In this document: positions 26,953 through 37,097 of the stretch, in pieces
Position numbering within the stretch: the first letter of the stretch is position 1
How the letters are laid out: every line of letters starts with the position of its first letter
NCBI GenBank assembly: GCA_026394395.1
Contig: JAPKYK010000002.1
Location: 183,653-247,652 of the forward strand
DNA from: Methanomassiliicoccales archaeon
GTDB taxonomy: Archaea > Thermoplasmatota > Thermoplasmata > Methanomassiliicoccales > UBA472
Direction: 5' to 3'
DNA: 64,000 bases
Notes under the pieces: generated by a model
Database searches by the model: none
Told to the model about the DNA's origin: nothing
The model's input: only the letters and a program-made list of their open reading frames with translations
Translations under genes and position numbers: made by a program

Positions 26953-29900
26953 TCAATGGTACGAGGCGATGTCCCGGACCTTCAGATCGCCCTGCCTAGC
27001 CCGTTTTATAGCGCAAACCGTCGCTTTCGCCCCGTGCACCGTGGTCAGGAACGGTATCTCCAATTCGACGGCCAGGCGTCTCATCATGTACCCGTCCCGG
27101 CGAGAGCCGGAAGAGTACGTCGGTGTATTTATTATCAGGTTGATTTCCCCGCGGCGCATGAGGCCCAGGGCGTCCGGGGCGATGTTCTCGGCCACCTTGT
27201 AGACGGTGGTGATCGGCACGCCGTTGTTGCGCATGTAGGTGGACGTTCCCTTGGTGGCGTATATGGTGAATCCCATCTCATGTAGCTCTTGGACGATGGG
27301 CAGTATCTGGGCCTTGTCCGCGTCGGCCACGGTCACGTAGACCCCGCCTTGCAGCGGGAGCTTGTTCCCGGCGGATATCATGGCCTTGTACATCGCCGCC
27401 CCGTAGTTCTTGTCGATGCCCATGACCTCGCCGGTGCTGCGCATCTCCGGACCGAGTATGGAATCCACGCCTGGTAGTTTCAGGAAGGGGAAGACGGACG
27501 CTTTGACGGCCACGTGCTTGAACTCCGCCACGCCCACGTGCCCCAGGTCCTTGAGCTTCTCACCCAGCATGACCTTGGTGGACAGTTTCGCCAGCGGCAC
27601 GCCGATGGCCTTGGAGATGAACGGGACGGTACGAGAGGCGCGGGGGTTCGCCTCGATCATGAACACCTCGTCGTCCTTCACCGCCAGTTGTAAGTTCATG
27701 CAGCCCTTGATCTGCAGCGCGAGCGCGACCTGCTTGGTGATTTCGATGACCCTCTTCATGACCTCGGGGGGTATGGTCTGGCACGGGAGGACCATGGTGG
27801 CGTCGCCGGAATGCACGCCCGCTTCCTCGATATGCTCCATGACCCCGCCGATGAAGACGTCCTTGCCGTCGCACACCACGTCCACGTCCAGCTCCTTCGC
27901 GTGCGTCAGGTACTTGTCTATCAGCACCGGATGCTTCTTGGAGACCTTGACGGCCGTGGCCACGTAGGTCTTCAGCTCCTCCTCGCTGTAGATGATCTCC
28001 ATGCCCCTTCCGCCCAGCACGTAAGACGGCCTCAGCAGCACAGGGTAGCCGATGTGATCGGCCACGACCTTCACCTCATCGTAGGAATGACCCGTCCCCG
28101 ATTCAGGCTGGGCGATGTTCAGCTGGCTCATCAGCGCGCTCCAGCGCTTGCGGTCCTCCGCCACGTCCATCATGTCCGGGGACGTGCCCAGCACCTGACA
28201 CTTTCGGCCCTTCAGGGCGGCCTCCAGCGGAACGGCCAGGTTGACGGAGGTCTGCCCTCCGAACTGCAGGATGACGCCGTCGGCGTCCTCCTTCTCAATG
28301 ACGTTCATCACGTCCTCGAGAGTGAGCGGCTCGAAGTACAGGCGGTCGGAGATGTCATAGTCAGTGGAGACCGTTTCCGGGTTATTGTTGATGACGATGG
28401 CGTCCACGCCCTGCTCCTGGCAGGCCATGACCCCGTGCACGCAGCAATAGTCGAACTCGATGCCCTGCCCGATGCGGATGGGGCCGGAGCCAACGATGAC
28501 CACCTTTTTGTTGTCGGAATGCGGCACCTCGCAATCCGTGCCGTAGGTGGAATAGAAGTAGGGCGTCTCCGCCTGGAACTCCGCGGCGCAGGTGTCCACC
28601 ATCTTGTAGGTCGGAAGAATCTTGTTCTCCATCCTAATATGGTGCACCGCGGCCTCGCTCTTCTTTGTGAACTTGCCGATGCTCTCGTCCTGGAAGCCCA
28701 TGCGCTTCGCCCTTCTCAACAGCTCCGGGGTGAGCGGGCCGGTGGCCAGCTCCTTCTCCATGTTGACGATGTTCAGTATCTTGCGCACGAAGAAGGCGTC
28801 CCACTTGGTGAGGTCGGCTATCTTATCGATGGGCATCCCGCGGCGCAGCGCTTCGGCGATGCCATACAGGCGCTTATCGGACGGAGAGATCAGCTCCGCC
28901 TCCAGCTCCTTGTCGCTCCAGATCTCCGGCTCCAGGTCGATGCGGTCCGTCTCCAGGGAGCATACCGCCTTCATGAGCGATTCCTCGATGGTGCGTCCGA
29001 TGGCCATGACCTCGCCGGTGCTCTTCATCTGCGTGCCGATCTTTGTTTCGACCGTCCGGAACTTGTCGAAGGGCCAGCGTGGAATTTTAGCCACCACGTA
29101 ATCGATGGTCGGTTCGAAAGCGGCGAACGTCTTCCCGGTGATCTTGTTCGGGATCTCGTCCAACGTCTTCCCGATGGCGATCTTGGCCGCCACCCTGGCT
29201 ATGGGGTAGCCGGTAGCTTTAGAGGCCAGGGCGGAAGAGCGCGAGACGCGCGGATTAACTTCAATGACGCGGTACTCCCTGGTCACCGGGTTGAAGGCGA
29301 ACTGCACGTTGCAGCCACCCTCGATTCCCAGGGCGCGGATGATCTTGATGGATGCCGTCCGCATCAGCTGAAAGTCCTCGTCGTTCAGCGTCTGTATGGG
29401 CGCGACCACGATGCTCTCGCCGGTATGGATGCCCATGGCGTCCAGGTTCTCCATAGAGCAGATGATGACGCAGTTGTCCTTGCGGTCACGCATGACCTCG
29501 TACTCCAGCTCCTTCCAGCCCAGCACGCTCTCCTCGATGAGCACCTGGCGGATGCGCGAGTAGATCAGACCGCGGCCGGTGATGGGTATGAGCTCCTCCT
29601 CGTTGTAAGCCACTCCACCGCCAGTGCCTCCGAGGGTGTAAGCGGGACGGATAAGCACTGGAAAGCCGCCCACGGACTCCACGGCCTTCTTGGCGTCGTC
29701 GATGCTATGGACGGTGACACTGCGAGGGATAGGTTCGCCGATCTGGATCATGGTCTCCCGGAACAGCTCCCGGTCCTCGGAGAGGGCGATGGCTCGGGGT
29801 TGAGTGCCCAGTAAACGACAGTTGAGCTTTTCTAGATAACCCTTGTCAGCCAGCTCGGAGCACAGGTTCAGGGCGGTCTGCCCGCCCATACCGGAGAGCA

Positions 29901-30144
29901 CCCCCTCCACCTTCTCCTTGCGGATGATCTCCGCCACCGTCTCCACGTTCAGCGGTTCGATGTAGACGATGTCGGCCATCTCCAGGTCCGTTTGGATGGT
30001 GGCGGGGTTGGAATTGACCAGGACGGTTGTGTAGCCCTCCTCGTGCAAAGAGCGACAGGCCTGCGAGCCGGAGAAATCGAACTCCGCCGCCTGACCGATA
30101 ACGATAGGTCCGGAGCCAATGACCATGAGCTTGCCCTTGCTCAT
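26953..30144 (-). CDS. carB: Carbamoyl-phosphate synthase large subunit
   Basis: 1063 aa with two ATP-grasp halves and an MGS-like C-terminus. The N-terminus is canonical (KLMVIGSGPIVIGQAAEFDFSGSQA). Confidence 0.97.
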   Translation of the reverse strand: MSKGKLMVIGSGPIVIGQAAEFDFSGSQACRSLHEEGYTTVLVNSNPATIQTDLEMADIVYIEPLNVETVAEIIRKEKVEGVLSGMGGQTALNLCSELADKGYLEKLNCRLLGTQPRAIALSEDRELFRETMIQIGEPIPRSVTVHSIDDAKKAVESVGGFPVLIRPAYTLGGTGGGVAYNEEELIPITGRGLIYSRIRQVLIEESVLGWKELEYEVMRDRKDNCVIICSMENLDAMGIHTGESIVVAPIQTLNDEDFQLMRTASIKIIRALGIEGGCNVQFAFNPVTREYRVIEVNPRVSRSSALASKATGYPIARVAAKIAIGKTLDEIPNKITGKTFAAFEPTIDYVVAKIPRWPFDKFRTVETKIGTQMKSTGEVMAIGRTIEESLMKAVCSLETDRIDLEPEIWSDKELEAELISPSDKRLYGIAEALRRGMPIDKIADLTKWDAFFVRKILNIVNMEKELATGPLTPELLRRAKRMGFQDESIGKFTKKSEAAVHHIRMENKILPTYKMVDTCAAEFQAETPYFYSTYGTDCEVPHSDNKKVVIVGSGPIRIGQGIEFDYCCVHGVMACQEQGVDAIVINNNPETVSTDYDISDRLYFEPLTLEDVMNVIEKEDADGVILQFGGQTSVNLAVPLEAALKGRKCQVLGTSPDMMDVAEDRKRWSALMSQLNIAQPESGTGHSYDEVKVVADHIGYPVLLRPSYVLGGRGMEIIYSEEELKTYVATAVKVSKKHPVLIDKYLTHAKELDVDVVCDGKDVFIGGVMEHIEEAGVHSGDATMVLPCQTIPPEVMKRVIEITKQVALALQIKGCMNLQLAVKDDEVFMIEANPRASRTVPFISKAIGVPLAKLSTKVMLGEKLKDLGHVGVAEFKHVAVKASVFPFLKLPGVDSILGPEMRSTGEVMGIDKNYGAAMYKAMISAGNKLPLQGGVYVTVADADKAQILPIVQELHEMGFTIYATKGTSTYMRNNGVPITTVYKVAENIAPDALGLMRRGEINLIINTPTYSSGSRRDGYMMRRLAVELEIPFLTTVHGAKATVCAIKRARQGDLKVRDIASYH

Positions 30145-31220
30145 TTTCTCGCCTCCAGCATCTTGGCGAAATCGTCGAAGAGGAAACCGGTGTCCCTCGG
30201 CCCCGGCCGAGCTTCCGGATGATATTGCACGGAAAAGATGGGCAGCTCGTTGTGGCGCATGCCCTCCACCGTCCCGTCGTTGACGTTGACCTGGTCGATC
30301 TCCATCCCAGAATTGATCATGGTCTCGGGGTCCACGGCGTACCCGTGGTTCTGGGAGGTGATGTACACCCGGTCATTGTACTTCACCGGTTGGTTGACCC
30401 CGCGGTGACCGAACTTGAGCTTGTAGGTGTTGCCGCCGAAGACCTCGCAGAGCAGCTGGTTGCCCAAGCATATTCCCATGATAGGGTAATCGTCCTTCAG
30501 CTGGCGGACGTTGGAAACGATGGTTTCCTTGATTGCGGGGTGGGCCGGATCGCCCGGCCCGTTGGAGATGAAGAGACCGTCGACCTCATGGTCGCGGAAG
30601 AACTTGACCGGAGTATCGTAAGGCAGCTGGTATAATTCGAAGCGCTTCCTCAGCTCGCGCACGATGTTGGCCTTGGCCCCGCAGTCGAACAGCGCCACCT
30701 TCTTGGCGTCCTCCTTGGGGAAGTGCAGCGCTTCCTTGGGGCTGACATCGCCGACCAGGTTGCTCTCTGAGGGGTAGGGCATCTTGCGCAGCTGCTCCAG
30801 ATGTTCGTTCGGGTCGCCGTCGTAGACGATGGCGCCTTTCATCGTACCAGCGGTCCTGATTCTGATGATGAGAGAGCGGGTGTCGATGCCGGCGATTCCG
30901 GGGATCTTATTTTCCTTAAGAAATGAGTTGAGGTCCCCATTACCGTAGCCGTTGCTGGGGGCATCGCATAGCTCCCGCACCACATAACCGCTTACCTGGA
31001 CCTTCTCCGACTCCATGTCGCGGGAGTTGACACCGTAATTGCCGATTAGCGGGTAGGACATCGTCAGGATCTGGCCGCGGAAGGAGGGGTCGGTCAGGCT
31101 TTCCTGATAGCCGGTCATCCCAGTGCTGAAGACCACCTCCCCGGAGGTGTTCTCCATATAACCAAATCCCGTGCCCTCCATGATAGTCCCGTCCTCGAGC
31201 ACCAGGAAGCACTTTGCCAT
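30141..31220 (-). CDS. carA: Carbamoyl-phosphate synthase small (glutaminase) subunit
   Basis: 359 aa with GICLGNQLL and HRGVNQPV motifs. ATGA overlap with carB. Confidence 0.96.
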   Translation of the reverse strand: MAKCFLVLEDGTIMEGTGFGYMENTSGEVVFSTGMTGYQESLTDPSFRGQILTMSYPLIGNYGVNSRDMESEKVQVSGYVVRELCDAPSNGYGNGDLNSFLKENKIPGIAGIDTRSLIIRIRTAGTMKGAIVYDGDPNEHLEQLRKMPYPSESNLVGDVSPKEALHFPKEDAKKVALFDCGAKANIVRELRKRFELYQLPYDTPVKFFRDHEVDGLFISNGPGDPAHPAIKETIVSNVRQLKDDYPIMGICLGNQLLCEVFGGNTYKLKFGHRGVNQPVKYNDRVYITSQNHGYAVDPETMINSGMEIDQVNVNDGTVEGMRHNELPIFSVQYHPEARPGPRDTGFLFDDFAKMLEARK

Positions 31221-31392
31221 CAGAATTTCATGGTAGCATTATAGGATACTTAATCCTTACTGAGCGTCTGACACCGCCCAGCAGCGCCATGCCTGGACAG
31301 ATACAAGGCGTTCAATTATCAGGCATCTCTACCCGACGAATGTCCAATGCCGGACTAGCATTGAGACAACCATAAATTCCTGATAAAGCATC

Positions 31393-32436
31393 ATGCCGAC
31401 GATGAAGGTACTGCACCAGGACCGGTTCAAGGGCGAGATCAAGATGCAGGTGGAGGTGGCCGACGATCTGTGGCACCTCTACAACATTTTGACCCCCGGC
31501 GATCTGGTGTACGCCTCCACGTACCGTCGGGAGGAGACGAAATCCGACAAGATCCGGGCGGAGCGGGGGGAGAAGAAGCGCATGACCCTGGGCATACGTC
31601 TGGAAAAGGTGGAGTTCGGGGAGTTCGACAACCGCCTGCGGTTGTTGGGCGTCATCGAGGAAGGCCCGCAGGACGTTGGTGCGTATCACACCCTGATCAT
31701 GGAGGAGGGCGAGGTGCTCTCCGTAGTGAAAGTACAATGGAAGCCGTCACAGCTAGAACGGGTACGCAGGGCGGTGGAGGATTCCAAAAAACCGTGCGTC
31801 ATCTTCATATCCCTGGACGATGACGAAGCTACCGTAGCTGTGCTGCGCCAGTTCGGCGTGCAGCGCCTGGCTGATATTTTTGCGGGCGGGCACGGCAAGG
31901 ATTACGCTACTAAAGAAGAGGGGAACTACTTCGGCGAGATCATTGCCAAAGCCAAGCAGGCCCACTCGCCCGGCGTTCCTTTGATCGTCCTAGGCCCCGG
32001 CTTCGCCAAGGAGACGCTAATGGCCAAGGGCAAGGAGAAGGAGCCGGAGATGTTCTCAAAATCCTTCCTTTACCATACCGGTCAATCAGGCATGACCGGC
32101 ATACAGGAGCTGATGAAGCGGGGCATGGGAGCGGAGGTGCTCAAAGATTCGCGCGTGGCCGAGGAGACCGAGCTGGTGGAGAAGCTCCTCGAAGCGGTGG
32201 GGACGGACGGACTGGCGACGTACGGTCCCAAGGAAGTGCGCGAGGCGGCCAAGGCCGGAGCGGTGGAGCTGTTGCTTATCCTCGATTCCATGGTCCGAGA
32301 GAAGGACGTGGAGGCGCTGATGCGTTCCGTGGAGGACGCCCGCGGGCGGGTGACCGTCGTCAGCGAGCTGCACGAGGGCGGGAAGAAGCTGGAGTCGCTG
32401 GGCGGGATGGCCGCGCTGCTCCGGTACCGGGTCTGA
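31393..32436 (+). CDS. pelA: Pelota / Dom34 mRNA-surveillance (no-go decay) protein
   Basis: 347 aa; LWHLYNIL.PGD plus an eRF1-like central and C-terminal domain. The start could instead be ATG 31402 (MKVLHQD). Confidence 0.88.
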   Translation: MPTMKVLHQDRFKGEIKMQVEVADDLWHLYNILTPGDLVYASTYRREETKSDKIRAERGEKKRMTLGIRLEKVEFGEFDNRLRLLGVIEEGPQDVGAYHTLIMEEGEVLSVVKVQWKPSQLERVRRAVEDSKKPCVIFISLDDDEATVAVLRQFGVQRLADIFAGGHGKDYATKEEGNYFGEIIAKAKQAHSPGVPLIVLGPGFAKETLMAKGKEKEPEMFSKSFLYHTGQSGMTGIQELMKRGMGAEVLKDSRVAEETELVEKLLEAVGTDGLATYGPKEVREAAKAGAVELLLILDSMVREKDVEALMRSVEDARGRVTVVSELHEGGKKLESLGGMAALLRYRV

Positions 32437-32692
32437 GGGAGGCCAGAACCAGATATTACCGCGCGATGTTGTACGTTCCCATCCGAAACACTTTAGTACG
32501 TTTTTTCGCATTGACGCTTTGTCGTCCATTTATCCAATCCCAGAGGATAAAGGAAGGAATATGTCGACAGGGAGACGATGATTTTGTCACTCTGTCCGAT
32601 GCGGGGCGCCTGGACAAAATACTGCGTTCCGCATGTCCGGGAAGTCCCCGCGGACATCCGGAAGATGGCCGACGAAGCCGAGGGTATGTGAG

Positions 32693-33868
32693 ATGAAGAA
32701 CAGGTCCGAGATCCTTGCCATGTTCGAGAAGAGTCCCCTGATCACCTGCGACACCACGCTGCGCGACGGTGAACAGGCCGCCGGGATCGTCTTCGCGAAC
32801 ATCGAGAAGCTGCGCATAGCCAAGCTCCTGGACGAGATAGGGGTGCAGCAGATCGAGGCCGGCATACCGGCCATGGGCGGGGACGAGAAGAAGGCGGTCA
32901 AGGACATCGCCGGCCTCGGGCTGGAGGCGTCCGTCCTGGGCTGGGGCCGGGCCACCATAGAGGACGTGCAGCACTCCATAGACTGCGACGTCGATTCCGT
33001 ATCGATATCCATGTCCTCCTCTGACATACACATACAAAACAAATTGATGAAGACCAGGGAATGGGTCCTGGAGAAGGTGGTGGAGAGCGTGGAGTACGCC
33101 AAGGACCACGGTCTGTACATCTCTTGCAACGCCGAGGACGCCTCCCGCGCCGACCCGGCGTTCCTGGTCCAGTTCGGCAAGGCGGCCAAGGAGGCCGGGG
33201 CCAACCGTCTGCGCTACTGCGACACCATCGGACTGCTGGAGCCGCGCCGCGCATACAACGAGATCAAGGCACTACGCGAGGCCGTCGATATGGACATCGA
33301 GATGCACACCCACAACGATTTCGGCATGGCGACGGCGAACGCCGTCGCCGGCATGCAGGCCGGGGCTAAGTTCGTCAGCACGACGGTGATGGGGATAGGG
33401 GAGCGCACCGGGAACACCCCGCTAGAGGAGATTATAATGGCCTCCAAGCACCTGCTGCACATGGACGTGAACTTCCACACCGAAAGGTTCCGCGAGGTCG
33501 CCGAGTACGTGGCCCGCGCCGCCGGTCGGGAGATACCCGACTGGAAGCCCATCATAGGCACCAACTGCTTCGCCCACGAGGCCGGGATACACACTGACGG
33601 CATCATTAAGTACCTCAGCAACTACGAGCCCTACACCCCCGAGGAGGTCGGGCTGTCCCGCAAGATCGTCATCGGCAAGCACTCCGGCCGCCACACCATA
33701 AAGCAGATACTGGCCAACAAGGGCATCGAGGTCAGCGATGAGCTGGCCGGGGACATCCTGACGCAAGTGCGGGCGAACTCCATCGCTCTGAAGCGCTCGC
33801 TGTCGGAGAACGAGCTGATCTACATCTACCAGGACTTCCAGTCCGGTCACTACAAGAAGACGAACTAG
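32693..33868 (+). CDS. Homocitrate synthase / 2-isopropylmalate synthase family enzyme, short form without LeuA regulatory domain (AksA/NifV/CimA-like)
   Basis: Start ATG 32693 gives MKNRSEILAMFEKSPLITCDTTLRDGEQAAG. HTHNDFGMATANAVAG is the HMGL-like metal site. Substrate specificity cannot be read from the sequence. Confidence 0.8.
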   Translation: MKNRSEILAMFEKSPLITCDTTLRDGEQAAGIVFANIEKLRIAKLLDEIGVQQIEAGIPAMGGDEKKAVKDIAGLGLEASVLGWGRATIEDVQHSIDCDVDSVSISMSSSDIHIQNKLMKTREWVLEKVVESVEYAKDHGLYISCNAEDASRADPAFLVQFGKAAKEAGANRLRYCDTIGLLEPRRAYNEIKALREAVDMDIEMHTHNDFGMATANAVAGMQAGAKFVSTTVMGIGERTGNTPLEEIIMASKHLLHMDVNFHTERFREVAEYVARAAGREIPDWKPIIGTNCFAHEAGIHTDGIIKYLSNYEPYTPEEVGLSRKIVIGKHSGRHTIKQILANKGIEVSDELAGDILTQVRANSIALKRSLSENELIYIYQDFQSGHYKKTN

Positions 33869-34872
33869 GTGCGCATCGCTCCGTTGATGGCTATCTCGGC
33901 GATGTCCACGCCGTACATGGTGGAACGGATGATGGAATCGAGCACCATGTTGGTGATGATGGCGTCGCGGCTGCTCTCGGTAAGAAGCCCGCGGCCGACC
34001 TTCTCGCACTTCCGCACAACGTTCCGGCCCTCGTCGATTATGGCGTTGGCCTTGTCGATGTCCTTGCGGAAGAGCGCCTCCATCCCCTTCTCCAGCACGC
34101 TCATGGCCTCGGCGCTCAACGTTTTCAGCTGGTCCGCTCCCTCCAACTTCTCCTCGTCCTCGGCGCTGAGCAATGCGTTCCGGGCTATGCGCACGGCGTG
34201 GTCGCCTATGCGCTCTATTCCCCTGGCCACCAGCATCAGGTCGTTGGAACCGAAGATATCGATGCCCATGCGCTCCCCCATCTTGCGGTCGCGGGCCACC
34301 AGGTTGTTCTGCTTCATGGCCATCCAGTACAGCCGGTCCACATCGGTGTCCCGGTCGATGACGTCCTCCGCCAATCCTTTGTCCTCTAGGCGCAGGGCCT
34401 CTATGGCATCGGCGTGCATGGAGCGGACGATGAGCTGCATGCGGCGTATGCATTTCTCCAGCGGCAGCTCCACCGGGTCGGACAGGTCGTGCATGATGAT
34501 GCTGTTGGCCGTCTCCTCCACGATCTCCGGGCCTATGGCCAATCTGGAGAACTCCCGTACCGCACCTTTCGCGCTGGGTTCCATGCGTTCCTTGGAGCGC
34601 ACCTCTATGACATTGTATCCCACCAGGTAGGCGCCTATGAGCTTGCGCGTAAGGTGCTCGACGCTCTCATCGCCGTTGGTCCATATCTCCTTCTTCAGGA
34701 CCTCCCGCCGCTTGTCGGTGTGCGTGTCGAGTATGATAGTGCCGTCTGGCTGGATGGCCATGGATACCTGATCTCCAGGTTTCAGATTGGACGAGTCGGC
34801 CCATTCCTTAGGAAGCGAGACGGTCAGGGTGGAAGTACCGGTCTTCTGTACTCTGCGTAGTTCGGCTCTCAT
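33865..34872 (-). CDS. AbrB/SpoVT-domain + tandem PhoU-domain protein (archaeal phosphate-uptake regulator)
   Basis: 335 aa. The N-terminal RRVQKTGTSTLTVSLPKEWA...LKPGDQV is a swapped-hairpin AbrB fold. The remainder is PhoU-like helical repeats (DxxxD, ERIGDHAVRIA). It is divergent from pstS. Confidence 0.8.
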   Translation of the reverse strand: MRAELRRVQKTGTSTLTVSLPKEWADSSNLKPGDQVSMAIQPDGTIILDTHTDKRREVLKKEIWTNGDESVEHLTRKLIGAYLVGYNVIEVRSKERMEPSAKGAVREFSRLAIGPEIVEETANSIIMHDLSDPVELPLEKCIRRMQLIVRSMHADAIEALRLEDKGLAEDVIDRDTDVDRLYWMAMKQNNLVARDRKMGERMGIDIFGSNDLMLVARGIERIGDHAVRIARNALLSAEDEEKLEGADQLKTLSAEAMSVLEKGMEALFRKDIDKANAIIDEGRNVVRKCEKVGRGLLTESSRDAIITNMVLDSIIRSTMYGVDIAEIAINGAMRT

Positions 34873-34890
34873 TTCGTACTCCTCATACCT

Positions 34891-35040
34891 TGAATATATT
34901 TAATACCTTAATGTATATACAATATATACAGAATATGTAAAAAATATTCTACTTACAGGTCAATGCCGCAGGTGCTCGCAAGTACCAGTTGCCTTTCTGT
35001 CCGGTCGGAATATATTCTATTTCGCTAACGAATATTAATC
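34891..35040. promoter_or_regulatory. Divergent promoter region with repeated GAATAT(A/T) half-sites; candidate operator for the phosphate regulon
   Basis: AGAATAT-N7-ATATTCT (34930-34950), perfect palindrome GAATATATTC (35008-35017), GAATATATT (34892-34900), GAATATT (35030-35036) and palindromic GTATATAC (34913-34920). Confidence 0.35.
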
Positions 35041-35196
35041 CCCACCTTCGTAACCCGATATCATGGAACAGAACAGCAGAATGAAAGGGACTGGCATATC
35101 CAGTGCTTATTGTTGGCGACCTATTCTCGATCCTCTTGAACGTAGTCGCTCGCCCTTCACCGCACCTTTTCAGTCTTTGAACAAGGAGCTGTAAAA

Positions 35197-36102
35197 ATGG
35201 AGAACAAGACGAAATACGCAGTGATCGGCGTGGTCGCCATAATGATCGTGGCGGCCATCGGATTTGCCGTTCTCAATCAGGGCGAGGACGGGTCGATCAC
35301 CATCACCCAGAAGGGGTCCGACACGATGTTGGAGCTCTGCCAGTATTGGGCCGAGGACTTCATGACCGAGAACGATAACGTTACCGTGGAGATATCGGGC
35401 GGCGGAAGCAGCACCGGTTTCACCGCCCTCATCAGTGGCCAGGTGGACCTGGCGCAAGCGTCCCGGCAAATAAAGAGCAGCGAGCTGGCCAGCGCCAACT
35501 CCAGCGGCGTAACCCCGGTCGAGTTCAAGGTGGCCATCGATGGAATATCGATAATCACCAGCGACGACAACACAATACAGAATTTGACCATGGAGCAGCT
35601 GCGCGGCATCTACAACGGCACGATCACCAATTGGAACCAGGTGGGTGGGGCCGACCATGCCATAACATTGTACGGCCGCCAGTCCACGTCCGGCACTTAC
35701 GAGTACTTCTGGGAGGTTGTGCTGAAGAAGGAGAACTACTCCGCCAGCATGAACATGCTCTCCGGTAACTCGGCGATAGTGGCCGCGGTGCAGGGCGATG
35801 AGTACGGCATCGGATACGTCGGACTAGGTTACGCCAATGCCACCGGTATCGAGATAGTTGACCTGAAGGCGAACGAGAGTTCCACGGCTTTCTCCCCGAA
35901 AGATAAAGCCGCGGTGCTCGACGGCGACTACGCGCTGAGCAGGTATCTGTATATCTATAGCGACGGGACGCCCACGGGCGCGATCGCCGATTGGCTGGAG
36001 TGGATCCTGACCGCTGACGGAGGCCAGGCGGTGGCCGAGGAGGTCGGGTTCTACGCGTTGCCCAGTGATATGCTCAGCGAGCAGCTGGCAAAACTAAGCT
36101 GA
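35197..36102 (+). CDS. pstS: Phosphate ABC transporter substrate-binding protein
   Basis: 301 aa with an N-terminal TM/signal anchor and SGGGSSTG and GIGYVGLGY PstS motifs. Confidence 0.92.
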   Translation: MENKTKYAVIGVVAIMIVAAIGFAVLNQGEDGSITITQKGSDTMLELCQYWAEDFMTENDNVTVEISGGGSSTGFTALISGQVDLAQASRQIKSSELASANSSGVTPVEFKVAIDGISIITSDDNTIQNLTMEQLRGIYNGTITNWNQVGGADHAITLYGRQSTSGTYEYFWEVVLKKENYSASMNMLSGNSAIVAAVQGDEYGIGYVGLGYANATGIEIVDLKANESSTAFSPKDKAAVLDGDYALSRYLYIYSDGTPTGAIADWLEWILTADGGQAVAEEVGFYALPSDMLSEQLAKLS

Positions 36103-36164
36103 TCCAGCCTTCAAACATCTTCCCTGAACTTTTAAACCAGGGTTCAAAAAGGAGCGTTCGCGAA

Positions 36165-37097
36165 TTGGCACTGAAATTACCGGTCAAGAGCAGGAAAGGG
36201 CGCGGGAGGCGCCGCATTGACCACGTCCCGTCCAGCGAGCGGGCCATAAGATACGTGCTGATGGCCGCCACCTGGATGTCCATCATAGCCTTGGCCGCGG
36301 TCTTCGCCGAACTGCTCCTGGGCGCCTTTCCGGCGTTCACCAGCATCGATATCATCGATTTCTTCACCGGGACGGTGTGGAACCCCTCCCATCCCCTCTA
36401 TCCTCTCTACGGCATCCTTCCATTGTTCGTGGCCACGCTGATGGTATCGTTCGGGGCAGCCCTCATCGCCATCCCCATCGGCCTGGGATGTACCATCTGG
36501 CTGGCCGAGCTGGCCAGTCCCCGGGTCAAGGCCATCTTCAAGCCGGCCATCGAGATATTGGCCGGTATTCCGTCGGTCATCTTCGGCTTCTTTGCCCTGG
36601 TCATACTCTCGGAATGGATCGCCGTCATCTTCGACCCCATCAACAAACTGAACGCGCTTAACGGTGCCATAATGCTGGCGGTCATGATGATTCCCATCAT
36701 GGTCACTGTCGCTGAGGATGCCATCAACGCCGTCCCGCGCAGCTTGCGCGAGGCCTCGTTGGCCTTAGGAGCCACCCGCTGGGAGACCATCCGCCACGTG
36801 GTCCTGCCGTCAGCCCTCTCCGGGATCGTGGCGGCCATCGTCCTGGCCTTCGGCCGGGCCGTGGGCGAGACCATGACCGTGCTCATGGCCACCGGGAACG
36901 CCCCCCTGCTCTCCTTCGACTTCCTGCGCTCAGTGCAGACCATGACCGCCGCCATCGCCATCGACTTTGGCGAGGTGGAGTTCGGCTCCGAGCACTATCA
37001 CGTGCTCTTCCTCGTCGGTCTGGTGCTGTTCATAATAACCTTCATGATCAATTTCTTGGCCGACTGGATCACCAGGCGCTACCGGGAGGAGTACTGA
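36165..37097 (+). CDS. pstC: Phosphate ABC transporter permease
   Basis: 310 aa. TTG start preceded by AAAAGGAG. EAA-loop motif ([14 protein letters not shown]). Confidence 0.9.
   Translation: MALKLPVKSRKGRGRRRIDHVPSSERAIRYVLMAATWMSIIALAAVFAELLLGAFPAFTSIDIIDFFTGTVWNPSHPLYPLYGILPLFVATLMVSFGAALIAIPIGLGCTIWLAELASPRVKAIFKPAIEILAGIPSVIFGFFALVILSEWIAVIFDPINKLNALNGAIMLAVMMIPIMVTVAEDAINAVPRSLREASLALGATRWETIRHVVLPSALSGIVAAIVLAFGRAVGETMTVLMATGNAPLLSFDFLRSVQTMTAAIAIDFGEVEFGSEHYHVLFLVGLVLFIITFMINFLADWITRRYREEY

Noticed and set aside
33865-34872. The AbrB/SpoVT-fold N-terminus might mark a MazE-like antitoxin of a toxin-antitoxin pair.
   Set aside because: The domain is fused to ~270 aa of PhoU repeats. 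There is no adjacent small toxin gene. The gene is divergent from a complete pstSCAB-phoU operon, which fits a phosphate regulator.
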